From Camelus ferus (Eukaryota): DNA of 64,000 nt. Below the pieces are notes generated by a model. It saw nothing but the letters and a program-made list of their open reading frames with translations, had not been told where the DNA came from and ran no database searches. Position numbers and translations under genes: made by a program. Positions 13,518 to 27,887 of this stretch are shown here, in pieces. The stretch spans positions 107,572,001 through 107,636,000 of the forward strand of contig NC_045697.1 in NCBI RefSeq assembly GCF_009834535.1. Reading direction: 5' to 3'. Every line of letters starts with the position of its first letter. Positions within the stretch are counted from its first letter, which is position 1.

Positions 13518-14340
13518 AGAAAAAAGCTAACCTTGAAGCTTTGGGTATAATCTCAAAGCAGCATACCAGGAATGATATCATAACTGGGAAAGCTTCAATA
13601 TAATCATCAGCATTTGGCACTAATTGAAGAAAATCAGTATTAGGAAAGGGAATGGTTGTCATGGAATCTAAGAACGCAAAAGCCAGATAACTCTGTGTTC
13701 ATCAGACCCTAGACCCTGAAGGGAGAGAGACTCTGAGTCTGGTGAATGTAAGTTTGGATTTATTTAGAAAAACATGTTCTGTTATGGAGAAGTGCTCTTT
13801 CACTCAGTCTTTGCAAAGAAGTGATATTTCATCCTAGTGAGTGAAATGCTTATGATATCAAGCCTCTTCCACTCATTCTGATCCCAAGACTCTTCAAACC
13901 ACCCCCCTACCCACCCACATACTAATTTGGTCTCCCTACTCAATATCAAGATGTGCCCTGGTTGGGAAAAATGAAAATTCCAAATGACAAAAATGAAGAG
14001 TCCTTACTGCAAATGAACATTCTGGTTCATACACAAGTCTCTTAAGTTTCAGTGAGTAAGTCTCTTGACTTTGATCTTTTCTAGGTGCTCTGACAAGAAT
14101 TTCAGAAGCTAAAAAGCTAAGAGTCCAGAGCCTAGATTGAGATGACTTGAGCCAAATCAGCAGACCTGCCTAAGTGGATTCTTTGGGTGCCATGGTATCT
14201 ATATCTCACTTCTAACTATGGCAGGAATTTGTATTTACTTTATGCCTTCTCTATATCAGTTACTATTCTGGTCACTTTAAAAATTATCCTATTTCGCCCT
14301 AACAACTCAAGAAGGTACTATTTATCCTACTTTTACAATT

Positions 14341-14344
<4 letters not shown>

Positions 14345-14392
<48 letters not shown>
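14345..14392 (+). repeat. (CA)n microsatellite within a MIR-like element
   Basis: Direct. Confidence 0.95.
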
Positions 14393-14396
<4 letters not shown>

Positions 14397-15504
14397 ACTG
14401 AGGATCAGAGAGGTTAAGTAACTTGCCTAAGATCACACTGCTAATATTAAACAGATTTATCCAGGATTGCCTGACTCAAAAGACTTCTCTTTCCACTACA
14501 CCAAATTACCCCTCACTTACTGTTAGAAAGCTCTAATAAAGGTCTTCCTTATAAAATGCCAAAATCACTATCTGCCCCTTGGTTCTAGTTATTTGTACCT
14601 CTTATAGTTCAATTTCCATTTGTAATTATTTGGGTGCACACAGCTTTACTTCTTCTGAATAGGTAAGACCAGCCTTGAAAAGAGAAACTGCTGTCCTAGA
14701 CATCTTCATGATCTTCTAATAGCACCTGTTTTGGTGTCTTGCAAACAGAAAGTATCAAATCTTATTTTCTGAATAACAAAATGAGAGCAATAGACTATAG
14801 AAAGCCAGGCTGTCAAAACCGAAAGCAAGACTTCATTTAGTATGAGCACAAGTGAATACACATAAAAACATTTTATTTTACTGATCAAAAGAACAGGACC
14901 AACCCTTGCAAAGGGGAACTAGTTAAAGGGCAGTAGGACCCCAGGCAAGTACGACGGAGCTCAGGGCAGGATCACTCCCTGTGGAGAAGGTGAGTGTGGA
15001 CAAGGGAAACTATAGATTGGCCAGTAAGGCAAAGAGCAGGAAGAGGAAGGCGGTCTCTGAAAGGCTGTTCAGGCCTAGGCCTTGCATAATAGATGGCAAG
15101 TATACAGACTAGTTCCGGGACATACTGGTTAGTGGAACTAAAGCTGAACTAAAAATTTCTTGTCCAAGTTCAAGAACTAAGACTAGACTGGATCTTTTAA
15201 TGGAGGCATAGGCAATCGACACTGCTGCAAGGTGACAGAAAAGGCAAAGGCCAGGGACTGCTGCATATGTGCTGGAGAAATCAACTATTCTTTAGGAGAC
15301 TGTTTTATAAAGGGATTTATTCATTTTCCAACATAACAGATTGATCTGATGGACTGAATTGGAAAAGAAACAATGGAATCCATTTGCTCTTCCTGGAACT
15401 ACAGAGAAAAAGCTACAAAACTTGCATATCTACTGTTGTCCCTGTTTTAATCTCAGGGTGCTCAAGAGGAGATTGCATTCCTAAAGTGGAATCCTTACTC
15501 TACA

Positions 15505-15727
15505 GCAGCGTTCTCAACCAAAGGTGATTCTGCTCCTCAGGGGACATTTGGCAATGTTTGGAAACATTTTTGACTGTCACAATTAGGTGTGGGTGGTACT
15601 CCTGCCATCTGGTACGTTAAGGCCAGAGATGCCGCTTAACATCCCACAACGCACAGGACAGCCCCCACAGGAAAGAATCATCTGGCCCAAAACATCAATA
15701 GTGCCAAAGATGCCAAATCCTGGTCAA
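15505..15727. mobile_element. MER20-like hAT MITE
   Basis: TTCTCAACC...GGGGACATTTGGCAATGTTTGGAAACATTTTTG signature. Confidence 0.75.
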
Positions 15728-16205
15728 CAGGCACCACCAACGTCAATCTAAGCTATCACCAAGATGACCTGTTTGCCCAGAATTAAGTTGATACTTAAAA
15801 CTGGGATATTCAACAGAAACAAAAATAAAACAGCAGCTACTATTTATCATTGTGTGCTGAAATAGCCCGAACCTAAGCTAAGTACTTGCCCTCTATCTCA
15901 TGTAATTCTTAGAGAAATTTTGTGGGGTACTATTATTCCCATTTTGCTGAGATGAAAAGGTTGTAACTAGGCAACAGCCACATGGCATGTAATAAAGCTC
16001 TTACCAACACCACGACATTGCCACTTTCCAAACCAACTGTTACTGCATACAGTACAGGTATTTAAAGATAACTTTAATGATAACAGGGTAATGATGTGGG
16101 AACAGAGAATCTAGTGCCTAGAGACAGAGCATGATGAGAGAGACAGAAAGCCATTAAGAGCTGTCTTCAGGAAAGTCTCTAGAGTGGACATTAAGCACCT
16201 ACTCT

Positions 16206-16405
16206 TTTTTTTTTTTTGAAGTGTTTTTTATTTATTTAATTTATTTTTTGAAATTTATTTTATTTAACTTTTTTATTGAGTTATAGTCAGTTTACAATGT
16301 TGTGTCAAATTCCAGTGTAGAGCACAATTTTTCAGTTATACATGAACATATATATATATTTGTCACTTTTTTTTTTTTCACTGTGAGCTACCACAAGATC
16401 TTATA
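16206..16405 (-). mobile_element. Young 5'-truncated L1 (3' end only)
   Basis: Poly-T tail. TSD AAGCACCTACTCT at 16193-16205 and 16406-16418. Matches the 3' UTR of the neighbouring L1. Confidence 0.88.
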
Positions 16406-16968
16406 AAGCACCTACTCTCTTGCTTTCAACTCCTTGGTACTTCCTTATCTTAGAAGAAGCAAGGGAGCATTAAAATGGCAGAACCAACATGTTTCTTGAT
16501 TGCTAAACCAAAAACAAGAAAATATTTGTAGAGGGATAATGGAAGCAATAGACAAAGATAAATAAATACAGATAAACAGATAAGCAATTCATAATTCAAT
16601 GTTACATCTGTAAAGAATCTTCCAGATCATCAGCTGATTCCAGTGCCTTCACGGTACAGTAGATAAACACAGGCCACACGGGAAAGGTGACTTGTTTAAG
16701 GTCACGTAGTCATCCACATAAAAATGACAGAATTGCTGTGAAATGAAAACTGGAGTACATTTCTCCAATATGATAGAAGTGATTAACTTAGATTTAGAGA
16801 GGACTCGTAGGTTCCAACTCTTTCTTTAAAAATGGACATTTTCTTACATAGCTCAATATTATTATTACACTTAACAAGATAAACAATAATTTCTTCATAC
16901 TATCTAATATCCAGTTCCTTGATATCAATATATCTATGTCCTTTATTGTATCAGAATGTCTTCTTAGA

Positions 16969-17815
16969 AATGGCCATCATTCAAAAGTCCACAAATGACA
17001 AATGCTGGAGAGGCTGTGGAGAAAATGGAACCCTCCTACACTACTGGTGGGAATGCAGGTTGGTACAGCCACTGTGGAAAACAGTATGGAGATTCCTCAA
17101 AAGACTAGGATTAGACTACCGTATGACCCAGGAATCCCGCTCCTGGGCATATATCCAGAAGGAACCCTACTTCAAAATGACACTTGCACCCCAATGTTCA
17201 TAGCAGCACTATTTACAATAGCCAAGACATGGAGACAGCCTAAATGTCCATCAACAGATGACTGGATAAAGAAGCTGTGGTATAGTTATACAATGGAATA
17301 TTATTCAGCCATAAAAATGACAACATAATGCCATTTGCAGCAACATGGATGCCCCTGGAGAATGCCTTTCTAAGAGAAGTAAGCCAGAAAGAGAAAGAAA
17401 AATACCATATGAGATCGCTCATATGTGGAATCTAAAAAAAAAAACAAAAACAAAACATAAATACAAAACAGAAACAAACTCATAGACATAGAATACAAAC
17501 TTGTGGTTGCCAAGGGGGAGGGGGGTGGGAAGGGACAGACTGGGATTTCAAAACGTAGAATAGATAAACAAGATTATACTGTATAGAACAGGGAAATATA
17601 TACAAGATCTGTGGTAGCTCACAGTGAAAAAAAGAAATGTGACAATGAATATATGTATGTTCATGTATAACTGAAAAATTGTGCTCTACACTGGAATTTG
17701 ACACAACATTGTAAAATGACTATAACTCAATAAAAAATGTTAAAAAAAGAACATTTCTAAAAAAACCTTTTTTTAAATAAATAAAATAAAAATTTGCATA
17801 AGCAAAAAAAAAAAA
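16969..17815 (+). mobile_element. Young 5'-truncated L1 (ORF2 C-terminus, 3' UTR, poly-A)
   Basis: [19 protein letters not shown] / LPYDPGIPLLGIYP / MFIAALFTIAKTW. TSD GTCTTCTTAGA at 16958-16968 and 17816-17826. Confidence 0.92.
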
Positions 17816-19764
17816 GTCTTCTTAGAGTTAATTTGTTAAATCAGGATCCAAACAGGGGCCACACATACTTGTGTCTCTTAAGTTTCTTTTCACCTAGAGG
17901 ATTTTCCCTCCCTTTGTACCTTCATACCATTGACTTATTATAGAAACCAGGTTAGTTGTTTTATAATATGTCTCACATTCTGGATTTGACTGTTAACTTC
18001 TATGTCTTGTCATTTAACTTATTCCTTTATCCTCTGTATTTGCTGTAAGTGGAAGGAGCTTTAGAGATTCCAGTTTCACTTTTTTGGACAAGAATTCTTC
18101 ACTGGATATTCCTTCCTATTATGTCACATCAGGCTCATGTCTGCCTTATCCCACTTTTCATAATGCTAGGATTGAACAGAGGGTTCAAATGGTGACAGCC
18201 TGAGCACTCCACTGACCTTTCAACTAAAACTTTCAACTACTGATAATCATTCCCTGAATCAGTTATCTCAGGAGGAGCTGTATGTATTGCTTTCAAATTC
18301 TATCATTCCAACCAATAATTTATTAGCTGAAATTCTTCCCTTATCTACTAAATCCATTTTGTTACTCTGAACTGCACTTTGGACAGGACAAGCAAGATAA
18401 CTTTAATTCCTTCCTTTTACTTCCAATTTTCACTGTAAGGAGCTCGTCTCTTAGTTACTTTCAATAAAGTTTATTTCCAACTAAATTGGAGCCAAAATCA
18501 AAAATATATTTTTATAAAACATTTTAAACAAAAGGGAAAAGAAATTCTGTGAATAACTCAACAAACAAGTAAAGACTGTTCAGTGACTTCAGAATTGTCC
18601 AGGGATATAAAAGTCCAAAGGCCTAGGACAATCACAGGACCCTCAGAGGGAGAGGAGTGTCAGGTCAAATTTTTGTTCCTTTGATAAATCAACATAAAGA
18701 CCTGCTCAGAGCTTTAGTATCTCTGCAAAATGACGACCTTTATTCCAAACATGACTTGAAGGCAAATCTCAAACTGAGGTCTGACTTTTTTAAAAGCTAT
18801 ACTGAAGTAAACTGACTAAATAGTTAAAATTGCCTATAAATACAATAAATTAATTGGAATACCAAGTGTGATGTGAATAAGAAACACCAATTGTGATATG
18901 AAAAAGAAATACCAATTATGATATGAATAAGGAATCTTTTCTTCAATTAAATGAACAGGACAAAATTGCAGGTTGCAATATTAATTTCAGAAAAAAAATT
19001 AAGGTGGAAAGTACTAAGAGCGTCATTATATACTGATAAAAAGCACAGTGAGTGATAGGCACATAACCAGAATGAATGTATAAACCATACACAAACAAAA
19101 ATGGGATGCATAAAACAAGAACCATTAAAAATGTACGGGAGAGCAAACATAACTGTAATAGTAGTAGATTTTCACCCCTGTCAAGCAGTCACAAATGAAG
19201 ACAGCTAGATCTAAAAAACAAAAATTAGGTAAAAATTCATAGTTGTGGCAGTTAGGAAACAAGTAGCTGAAGAATTATTTTTTCTGAAGTGTTCACTTCT
19301 AAAGTCTGAAAAAAGGTATTGCAAGAGGCAAACATCTTACTGTACTGAGATGCAGCCAATCTGGCATCTACCCCACCACAACAGTCCCTGCTGCTTAGCT
19401 AGCCATATTTCTGCATCCTCATGATGCGTAAGGGCACTTAACTGCAGACCTTAGTCCACAACTATGAACCTACGGCCTGGTAATAAAAGGTAATCTGTTC
19501 AAAGTCTTGGGAATTTGAACTGAAAATAAGGACAAACTTGTGTAGTTTATAGTGGGACAGAATGAACAGGCGTGGAACGTGGTTGAAACACACCGACGGC
19601 AGAGGACCGAAGTGGGGATCCAGAACTCCTGCTCTGAACTCTCAAGCTGTCATGGATCCAGAGCCCCCTTCCAGCTCCGGTCTCTGCTCTGGTCTCCAGG
19701 TCTGTCCTACGATAGCCCCAGATGTCCTTGTTACCCTGTTCTCCTTACTGTCCCTCAGATACCT

Positions 19765-20152
19765 GTATTGGTTTGCTAGGGCTGCCATAACAAAGTCTCA
19801 TAGACTAGAGGACTTAAACAACAGAACTGTATTTTCTCCCAGTTCTAGAGGTGAGACGTCTGAGGTCAAGGTGTCAGCATAGCTGACTTCTCCTGAGGGA
19901 CGTGAGGGAAAGATCTGTCTAGATTTCCTTGGCTTGTAGATAGCTGTCTTCTCCCTCTGTATGTGTCTGTGTCCAAACTTCCTCTTCTCGTAAGGACAAC
20001 AGTCATACTGGATTAAAGCCCACCTAATGACCTTTTAACCTGAATTACCTCTTTAGAGATACTATCTCTAAATATGGTCACATTCTAAGGTAGTCGGGGT
20101 TAGGACTGCAACATACAAATTTGGGGTAGGGGGAGACATGTTTCAGCCCATA
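19765..20152. mobile_element. MaLR (MLT1-like) solo LTR. Related LTRs lie at ~11620-12060 and ~58235-58668.
   Basis: GCTAGGGCTGCCATAACAAAG...GTTCTAGAGG...GTCACATTCT...AGGACTGCAACATA signature. Confidence 0.8.
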
Positions 20153-21049
20153 AAAATATCTTTAAAATAATCCCTCTTTAAACTAGTTTAAGGGAGTCTC
20201 TGTTGGAACTGAGTAACTTTTACCAAAACAGCTACAGGTTCTGGTCTTCTATTATTTTTAAAAATTATTCATGTGTTTCTTTCAAACTTCCCAAAATTTT
20301 AAGCTGCAAGAGAGCAATAACATGCTTTAACACTTCACTGAATTCTGCCTCCACAGACCTAGTACAGAAAACATAAAAGGCACGGAGAAGAATTCTGTGG
20401 CAGATGCTACGCTGAACCACACAGACCCCTCTTCAGGACTGAAGCTTTCAGTTCCCTAGCAACCAGGGGCGCCTGCTGCTGACAGTTCAAAGCCAACTCC
20501 AAATCCAAGAACGGCGGCCAAAGCCACCTCACCCAAAGCAATGCTCACTCCACGGAGGGAACCTTCATCCAGTCATTCAGAAGTCCAAGGGCCTGGCCTT
20601 CTAGTCTCAGTTGAGGACACCTTCAAAGGGCCACCCCAGCTCAGAGCAACTCGTGGGATTGGCTGAGGCCTCTTCTGCAAATACATTACATGAGCGAGCT
20701 CTCTGCCCTATCCTGCTTCCATCCTCCCTCAAGGGGTTGATCCTAAGACCACTCCCCAATAAACTTCTTGCACACAAATCTCTGTCATAGAGTCTATTTC
20801 CCAGAAAATCTGACTCGCAGTATATTCTATAGCTAACATTGTAAATAAACATGAAAACAAAAAAATTGGAAAAAATTAGCCAGGTTAATTTCCTCTTTCC
20901 CACTTCCTGCTTTTGAAGAATCTTGCCCTCTTCTGTTTTTCTGCTAGAGAAAGGGTTCTGTTCCTTTCAGTGCCCTCCAACCTGCCCTGGGCAGGCAGCT
21001 ACTGTACCCACCCCTCCCCACCTCCTCTAGGCTCTGGAGGCAGAAGCTC

Positions 21050-21319
21050 CAGACACCCTGCTCTCCCTGGACAGCAGGGGGCACCTCAAGCCCCAGCTCC
21101 TCCCCCTGGGTCCTCAGCTGCACTTCTCAGGCCTGGTCCCTTCAGTGCCTGGCGCAGGGTGAAGACCAGAAAAGAGGAGGGGGGTGAAGCCAAGGAATCC
21201 ATCTAGGAGATTTAGGAGGAGAAGCAGTCCCGCCCCTCTTCTCCAGCTGCTCCCCAGCAGGCCTCTCCCTGGAAGCCTGAGTCCAGAGAGCTGGAGGTGC
21301 TGACTCTGAGGACAGGAAA
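21050..21319 (+). promoter_or_regulatory. Proximal promoter/5'UTR of PRSS48, with a CTCF-like motif (21072-21085) and a GC box (21229-21236)
   Basis: CAGCAGGGGGCACC and CCCGCCCC. Aligns colinearly with 7200-7448. Confidence 0.55.
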
Positions 21320-21362
21320 ATGGGCCCTGCCGGCTGTCTCTTCCTGCTGCCCCTTCTGCTGG
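21320..21362 (+). CDS. PRSS48: Serine protease 48, exon 1 (signal peptide MGPAGCLFLLPLLL)
   Basis: ATG in AAAATGG context, hydrophobic leader, phase-1 donor G|gtgagc. Confidence 0.88.
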
Positions 21363-22274
21363 GTGAGCCCCTGAGGTGGGGGTGGGGGCAGGGGAGAAGG
21401 GAGAGGCAGAGGTTTTCTGGCTCAAGAAGTTACATGTAGAGTAATATAATGCTTCACCCACGGGATGTGACTTCTGAATACCACGCCCCAAGAGAGTCCT
21501 GAGTCGACCCTCTATGCCAGGCCCCAAGTGTTCCAAGGCTCTTGGATATAGCAAGCAATAAACACAATTAAGATCCCTGCCCTTGTGGGGCTTATAATCA
21601 ATGCATATATTAAATACACAAATTATAAGGGAGGTTGGAAAGTAATAAATACTGTGACAAGAATGGGGCATCTAGGTGCAGGGACAGTAGGTATTATTTT
21701 AAACAGGGTGGTCAAGGAAGGTTTCGCTAAGAAGTTATTTGAGCAAAGACATGAAGGAGATGAGTAATTTAACTAAGAGGACCTAGGAAAAGAGCATTTT
21801 AAGCAGAGGGAACTGGAAGTACAAATGCTGTTCAATGATTACAGGAATAAGCTTGTTCATTTATTTTTCTGGCTTACAGTGACTTAAAAGCAGGGTAGGC
21901 TAGGAGTAGCAAAAAGATGACAGGTAGCAAAAAAGAAAGCTACACAAATACTGCAAAATGCTAGTTTAGTTAAAGAAAACTCAGCAAAAGTAAATAGCTT
22001 ATAAACGTCAAAATCATGGGAAGGCATTAATGTATTTACAACCTCACATATTTGATATTCCTGATGGCAACTGTGAATTATCAAGTAAAAGTTCAATTAC
22101 GTTCCATGTAAGTCACCAAAAAAGAAAGGTATTTATGTATTTATCAAGATTCCCACTAATGCACAGATACTTATAAAAATTTGGCCTTTAACACCAATCT
22201 GAGAAATTTAAATAGGCAGAAAGCCTCTCTGTTCAGTGAGTCTAGATATAAGATATGTTATTATATATTAATGA

Positions 22275-22670
<396 letters not shown>

Positions 22671-24533
22671 TGAGTTTTGGCTGGTGGCTAGCACACAGAT
22701 AGGTTCTCAATAAATACTTGAATGAATTCATGAATGAACCAACAGACAAATGAAAGTGGTAAGATGAACAGACAGAAGGAAACCTAGGTTACCTTGGACT
22801 AGGGACAAGGCACAGAGGAAGAAAAAAAATGACGAAGATAGTCATCATATCAGAAACTTTTCTTACTTTTCACCAAATCACTTCCTAAAGTCAGGGAATT
22901 TTGTCTTAAGCTGTTTTGGGTCACAACCACAATCTGTGAGAGCAAGGTACCATGTGGTGAGCTGCCACAGAGAGGGCCATGTCAACTTGATGTCTACAGC
23001 CAAACAGCTAGTGAGGACGCAAGAGACCCTCCCTGAGTCAAGCCTTGAGATGACACTGCAGCCTACCTTGACTATAGACTGGTCAGAGGCACCCAGATTC
23101 CTGAGCCACGGAAACTGAAATCTTTGTTGCTTTACGCCTCTAAGCTTTGTGGTAACTTGTTATGCCATAATAGATAACATATATACAGAAATCAAAATGA
23201 CACGACTTTTCAATAACAAACTGAAAGTTCAAAGAAAATAGAGTAATAACTTCAAAATGCTGAGAGAATTCCAACTTAGAATTCTACCCATATTTACAAA
23301 CTATCAATAAAGTGTGGGATAGAAACAAGACATCTTCAAATATACAAAGCAGCAAAAATAATTTCCTCTCATGCACATTTTCTCAGGAAGCCACAGGAGA
23401 ATGTGCTTCACCAAAACAAAGTGGGGGAAAACATGGGGTCCAGAAAAAATAGAATATAACATAGAAGAGAAACCCCAAGAAAATCATAAAGAAAAATGCC
23501 AAGATTGGAGTTAGAGAGTAGAGGGCTAAAAAAAAAAAAAAAAAAAAAAAGACAGTACTGATAGAATGCCTAACTGGTATCAACATGTTGAGAGATTTAC
23601 ACTCTGGCAGACAGTTTGGGGAACAAATAATTAGTTAGTGACAGGTACAAAGAAAACTAAAAAAACAAAGAAAGTAAGATCACATTATTAACTCCAGGAG
23701 AAACAAAAAGTTTTACATGAAATCTAATTACAGTACCCAATATAACCCAGTAGTGAATAATGTTTTCATAGTCACAAGAACATACACATTAAATACTGAT
23801 CTAGCAAAAAGTTATACTAGGTTAGGAGGATGGTGAAAAGGAACTGGGGGCGGGGGGTTGGCAACAACTGTTGGTTCAATCCTCACCTTCCACAGTAGGA
23901 ATACAATATTCTAAAACTGAAAGAAAAAAAATAACGGCAATATATAGGGTTTCTTGAAAATACAAGGGAAATGCTAAAATAAAGAGCTAAGAGTTGAAAG
24001 CAACTGCCTTTGGATAGCATGAATTGAGGGCAGTAGGGCAGAGAACTTCTGTTATTTATTTTTTGTAAATCTTATCAAATTACTTGACATTTTAAATTAT
24101 ACACAGACACACATATAAAACTTTGGTGATTATATTTTGCTTTAATTTTTATTTAGAAATAAAGGTCTAGTGCTCAGAAATCAAAAGGGAAAATAAAACA
24201 ATGACTATTCAGCATATTGTTGATGGCTGAACTTATGAAGAATGAGAGAGGTGAATAAGAGAAGCAGAGAAAAACTACAGGACAAAACTCTGGCCATAGA
24301 CATATAAAAGGAGACCACAGAAACAAAGGACAACAAAAGAAAGAGTGGTCAGGGAGGGAAGGAAGGAGAAAGGAGACAAACCAACCCCATGCCAAGTTGG
24401 AAACAGCCTAGTTAATCTCAAGTCTGTTACACTCCCTTCTTGCCTAAAGACTTAGTGCTACACATAGGCAGCTTGTTTTGACTCAGCACAAAAGCATGCT
24501 CCACTTTCTTTCTCTGCCTTCTCTTCCCCTTAG

Positions 24534-24796
24534 GAAATGGATTCCTTTCTTATATACTGTGTGGCTTGGATCAACTGAAATAGGCAGTTCAAATACAGGT
24601 GTGAGGCATCAAGTGTCCCGAATCGTCCTCCATCCCAAATACCAGGGTACCACTGGAGACATCGCCTTGTTGAGGCTGCTCTCTAGAGTCACCTACAGTT
24701 CTTCCATCATGCCCATCTGCTTGCCCAATGTCAAACAGAAGTGGAAAGTTCCAGACTTCTGCTGGGTGACTGGATGGGGAAAACTGAAAAATGAAG
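24534..24796 (+). CDS. PRSS48: Serine protease 48, exon 4 (catalytic Asp)
   Basis: KWIPFLYTVWLGS...HPKYQGTTGDIALLRL...MPICLP...CWVTGWG. Asp codon at 24658-24660. Phase 2-1. Confidence 0.95.
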
Positions 24797-25499
24797 GTGA
24801 GAATGGATGGAGAAAGGGACTGTTTTATATATCGCCTTTGTATACCCACTCCAGAATAGTCACATTCTCGGCATCACATTACTATGGCAAATATTTTCAA
24901 CAAAACCAAATCAATCTATTGATACTATCTATAAGTCTTCAAATAAAATGTTTATTTATATGTTTATTTACTCTTATATCCTGCCTAGAGGCTAGTATAG
25001 CTGCAAGAGCAGATACTCGCAATTTAAACACAATCTATTCTCTCTGAAACAGATGTTAAGAAACCTGATTTAAAGTTTGGAAAGAGTCTAGTATTTTTTT
25101 TTTAATCTGTTTTTCAAGTGTTGTGTCAACTCTTTCCCAGGATGGAGTAAAGGTAAGCCAGGAAATGATCTGGGAGCAGAAAAATGGGAAAGGAAAAAGT
25201 TAGAATACTTCAGAATACACACACCTTAACCAAAATGTATCAGAATTTCTCTTTATTTAGAACATTAGGAAAGCCCCCATGTGGCACATTAGAAAAAACC
25301 CAAACAAATAGAATTTGAACTACCCATTATTTTAGATTAACTGTTACCCCCCCCCCCCAAAGGCTCTTCCATTAGCCAACATGATTGGGAAGTGTATTCT
25401 GCTTTTGGACTCCCATTCAGAGATTTCGGTGTATCATGACTGAATGTTGTCCCTGCACCTTTAGGTTGCTTTTCCTTTCATTCCTATTTCTCTCTACAG

Positions 25500-25669
25500 A
25501 TTCTGATTACGCTTCCACCCTTCAGGAAGCAAAAATACCCATCATTGAACGCCAGACTTGTGAAAAAATCTACAATCCAGTTGGTTTCTTATTGCCAGAA
25601 ACAGAGCCGGTCATCCAGGAAAGCATGATTTGTGCTGGTGATCTTAAACAAAAAAAGGATGCTTGCCAG
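25500..25669 (+). CDS. PRSS48: Serine protease 48, exon 5
   Basis: DSDYASTLQEAKIPIIERQTCEKIYNP...MICAGDLKQKKDACQ. Asp189 implies trypsin-like specificity. Phase 1-0. Confidence 0.95.
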
Positions 25670-26594
25670 GTTAGGGTTTGCTCTTGAATTTTTTTAACAT
25701 GAGATCTTAATTTGGATCCAGTTTCTCCCATCTGTAACTAACAGTGAATTTGGAAATCAGGAGACAAGGGTTCTGACAATAATTCTTGTCTTAACCCGGG
25801 TAAGTCACTTAACCTTTATCAATGAATTTAACCTCTTCAACTATTGATCTAGCGTAATGCTTACCACTGGTGTTTGGGTTTTCACAATCTTGTATGTTTT
25901 TGTAAATATATTAAGAGGTTAATGTAGAACTGCCAACCTTCTCATTATTTCAAGTAAGAAACATTTCATTTTACACTTAAAAGATGCCATTCCACTGTCT
26001 CCTGATCATAACTGTCTGATGGAAAATCAGCCATCATTTGTGTCTTCTTCCACTGAGTGTGATGTGTTGTTTTGCTCTGGCTGCTTTCATTATATTATCC
26101 TTCATATTTGATTGTTACAAGTTTGACGGTAATGTGCTAGGCGTGATTTTCTTTGTCTTTATCCCACTTGGAATTCACTGAGTTTTTTTTTTAATCTATT
26201 CTTTTACCTTTCATCAAAACTTCGGAAATTTTCATTCACAATTTCTTCAAATGTTATTCTGCTTCATTTCTCTCTTTTCCTCTTCTTGTTGAAACAGGAA
26301 ATTTATAAGTTACACCTTTTGGTATTTTCACACTGGGCCCTGATACCCTATATTTTATTTTTAAAACCTTTTTCTGTTTTTCAAATTGGATACTTTAATT
26401 TATATTCACAATCACTGCTTCTTTCAACTACAATCTACCTTTTACTGTTAAGTTCACCTAGTAAAATTTTTATTTCATGTATTTCACCTTTTAGTTCTAG
26501 GATGACCACTTGGGTTTTATTTTCTCCCCACCCTCCACATCTTTCTATTTCTCAGCCAAAACTTCCTATCTGTTACTGTATATTCATTATTTAG

Positions 26595-27325
26595 AAATCA
26601 AACAATGAGACAACTTCACACCCACTAGGATGGCTATAATCAAGATAGGTAATAGTAAGACTTGACAAGGTATGTGGAGAAACTGGATCTTTATACACCT
26701 AGTGAGAATGTAAAATGGTGCAGCCACTTTGGAAACCTCAAAAGATTAAGTATAGAGATACCATTTGATCCAGGAATTCTACTCCTAAATACACACCCAA
26801 GAGAAATGATAACATTTATCTATATAAAAATTTGTACTTGAAAGTTCATTGCAGCATTATTCATAATAGCCAAAAAGTCAAAATAACCCAAATGTCCATC
26901 AATTGATGACTAAGTAAACAAAATATGGTATATCAATTTAATGGAATACTATTCAGCCATAAAAAGGAATGGAGTACTTATACATGTTATAATATGGATG
27001 AACCTTAAAAAGAGTATGCTAAGTGAAAGAAGCTAGACACACGGGAAAAGGTCATATATTACATGATTCCATTTATACATAATTTTGATAATATGCAAAT
27101 CCACAGAGGCAGAAAGCAGATAACTGGCTGGCCTAGGGCTAGAAGGAATGGGAGGTAATGAAGGTGATGGCTAAAGGGTATGAGGTTTCTTTTCGGGGTG
27201 ATAAAAATGGATTGTGGTGATGGCTGAACAACACTGAATATACTAAAAACCACTGAACTGTACACTTTAAATGGGTGAATTGTAAGTATGTGAATTACAT
27301 CTCAATAAAGCTGTCACAAAAAGAA
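26595..27325 (+). mobile_element. Old L1 (L1MB-like) 3' end in PRSS48 intron 5
   Basis: Degenerate ORF2 end and 3' UTR ending CTCAATAAAGCTGT. Confidence 0.8.
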
Positions 27326-27728
27326 ACAGCAAGATTGAATCATACCACCAACTACTATCACTTACTTTATATAAGAAAGGATTATTTTAACACTAAAAAA
27401 GGCAGTAAGAACCTAAGAATAGAAAAATAAGGACAGTTCATTCAACTGAATAAATTTAACTTCAGTGAAAAACTCTTCTTTCTTTTTAATCACAGATGAA
27501 TATTTCAAAACTACTGATATATTTGGCTAAGGTCTCTGCTAATTCCAAAGTCTATGATTCTAAATTTCCATGTCTCCTCCACCACGGTGGGAAGTTCAGC
27601 TCCCTCCAGAGATTTATGTCTCCACAGCTCCACTGCCCCATTCTAGGGAACACTCCACCCCTTGTGACCACTCTCCTCTACCTGGTCCCTTTTCTCTATG
27701 TTAATGACCTTTATTATCTCTTCCTTAG

Positions 27729-27887
<159 letters not shown>

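Noticed and set aside
16919..17328. ORFs with reverse-transcriptase-family C-terminal peptides (also 31750-32981 and 54434-54658)
   Set aside because: These are fragmented L1 ORF2 remnants, not host genes.
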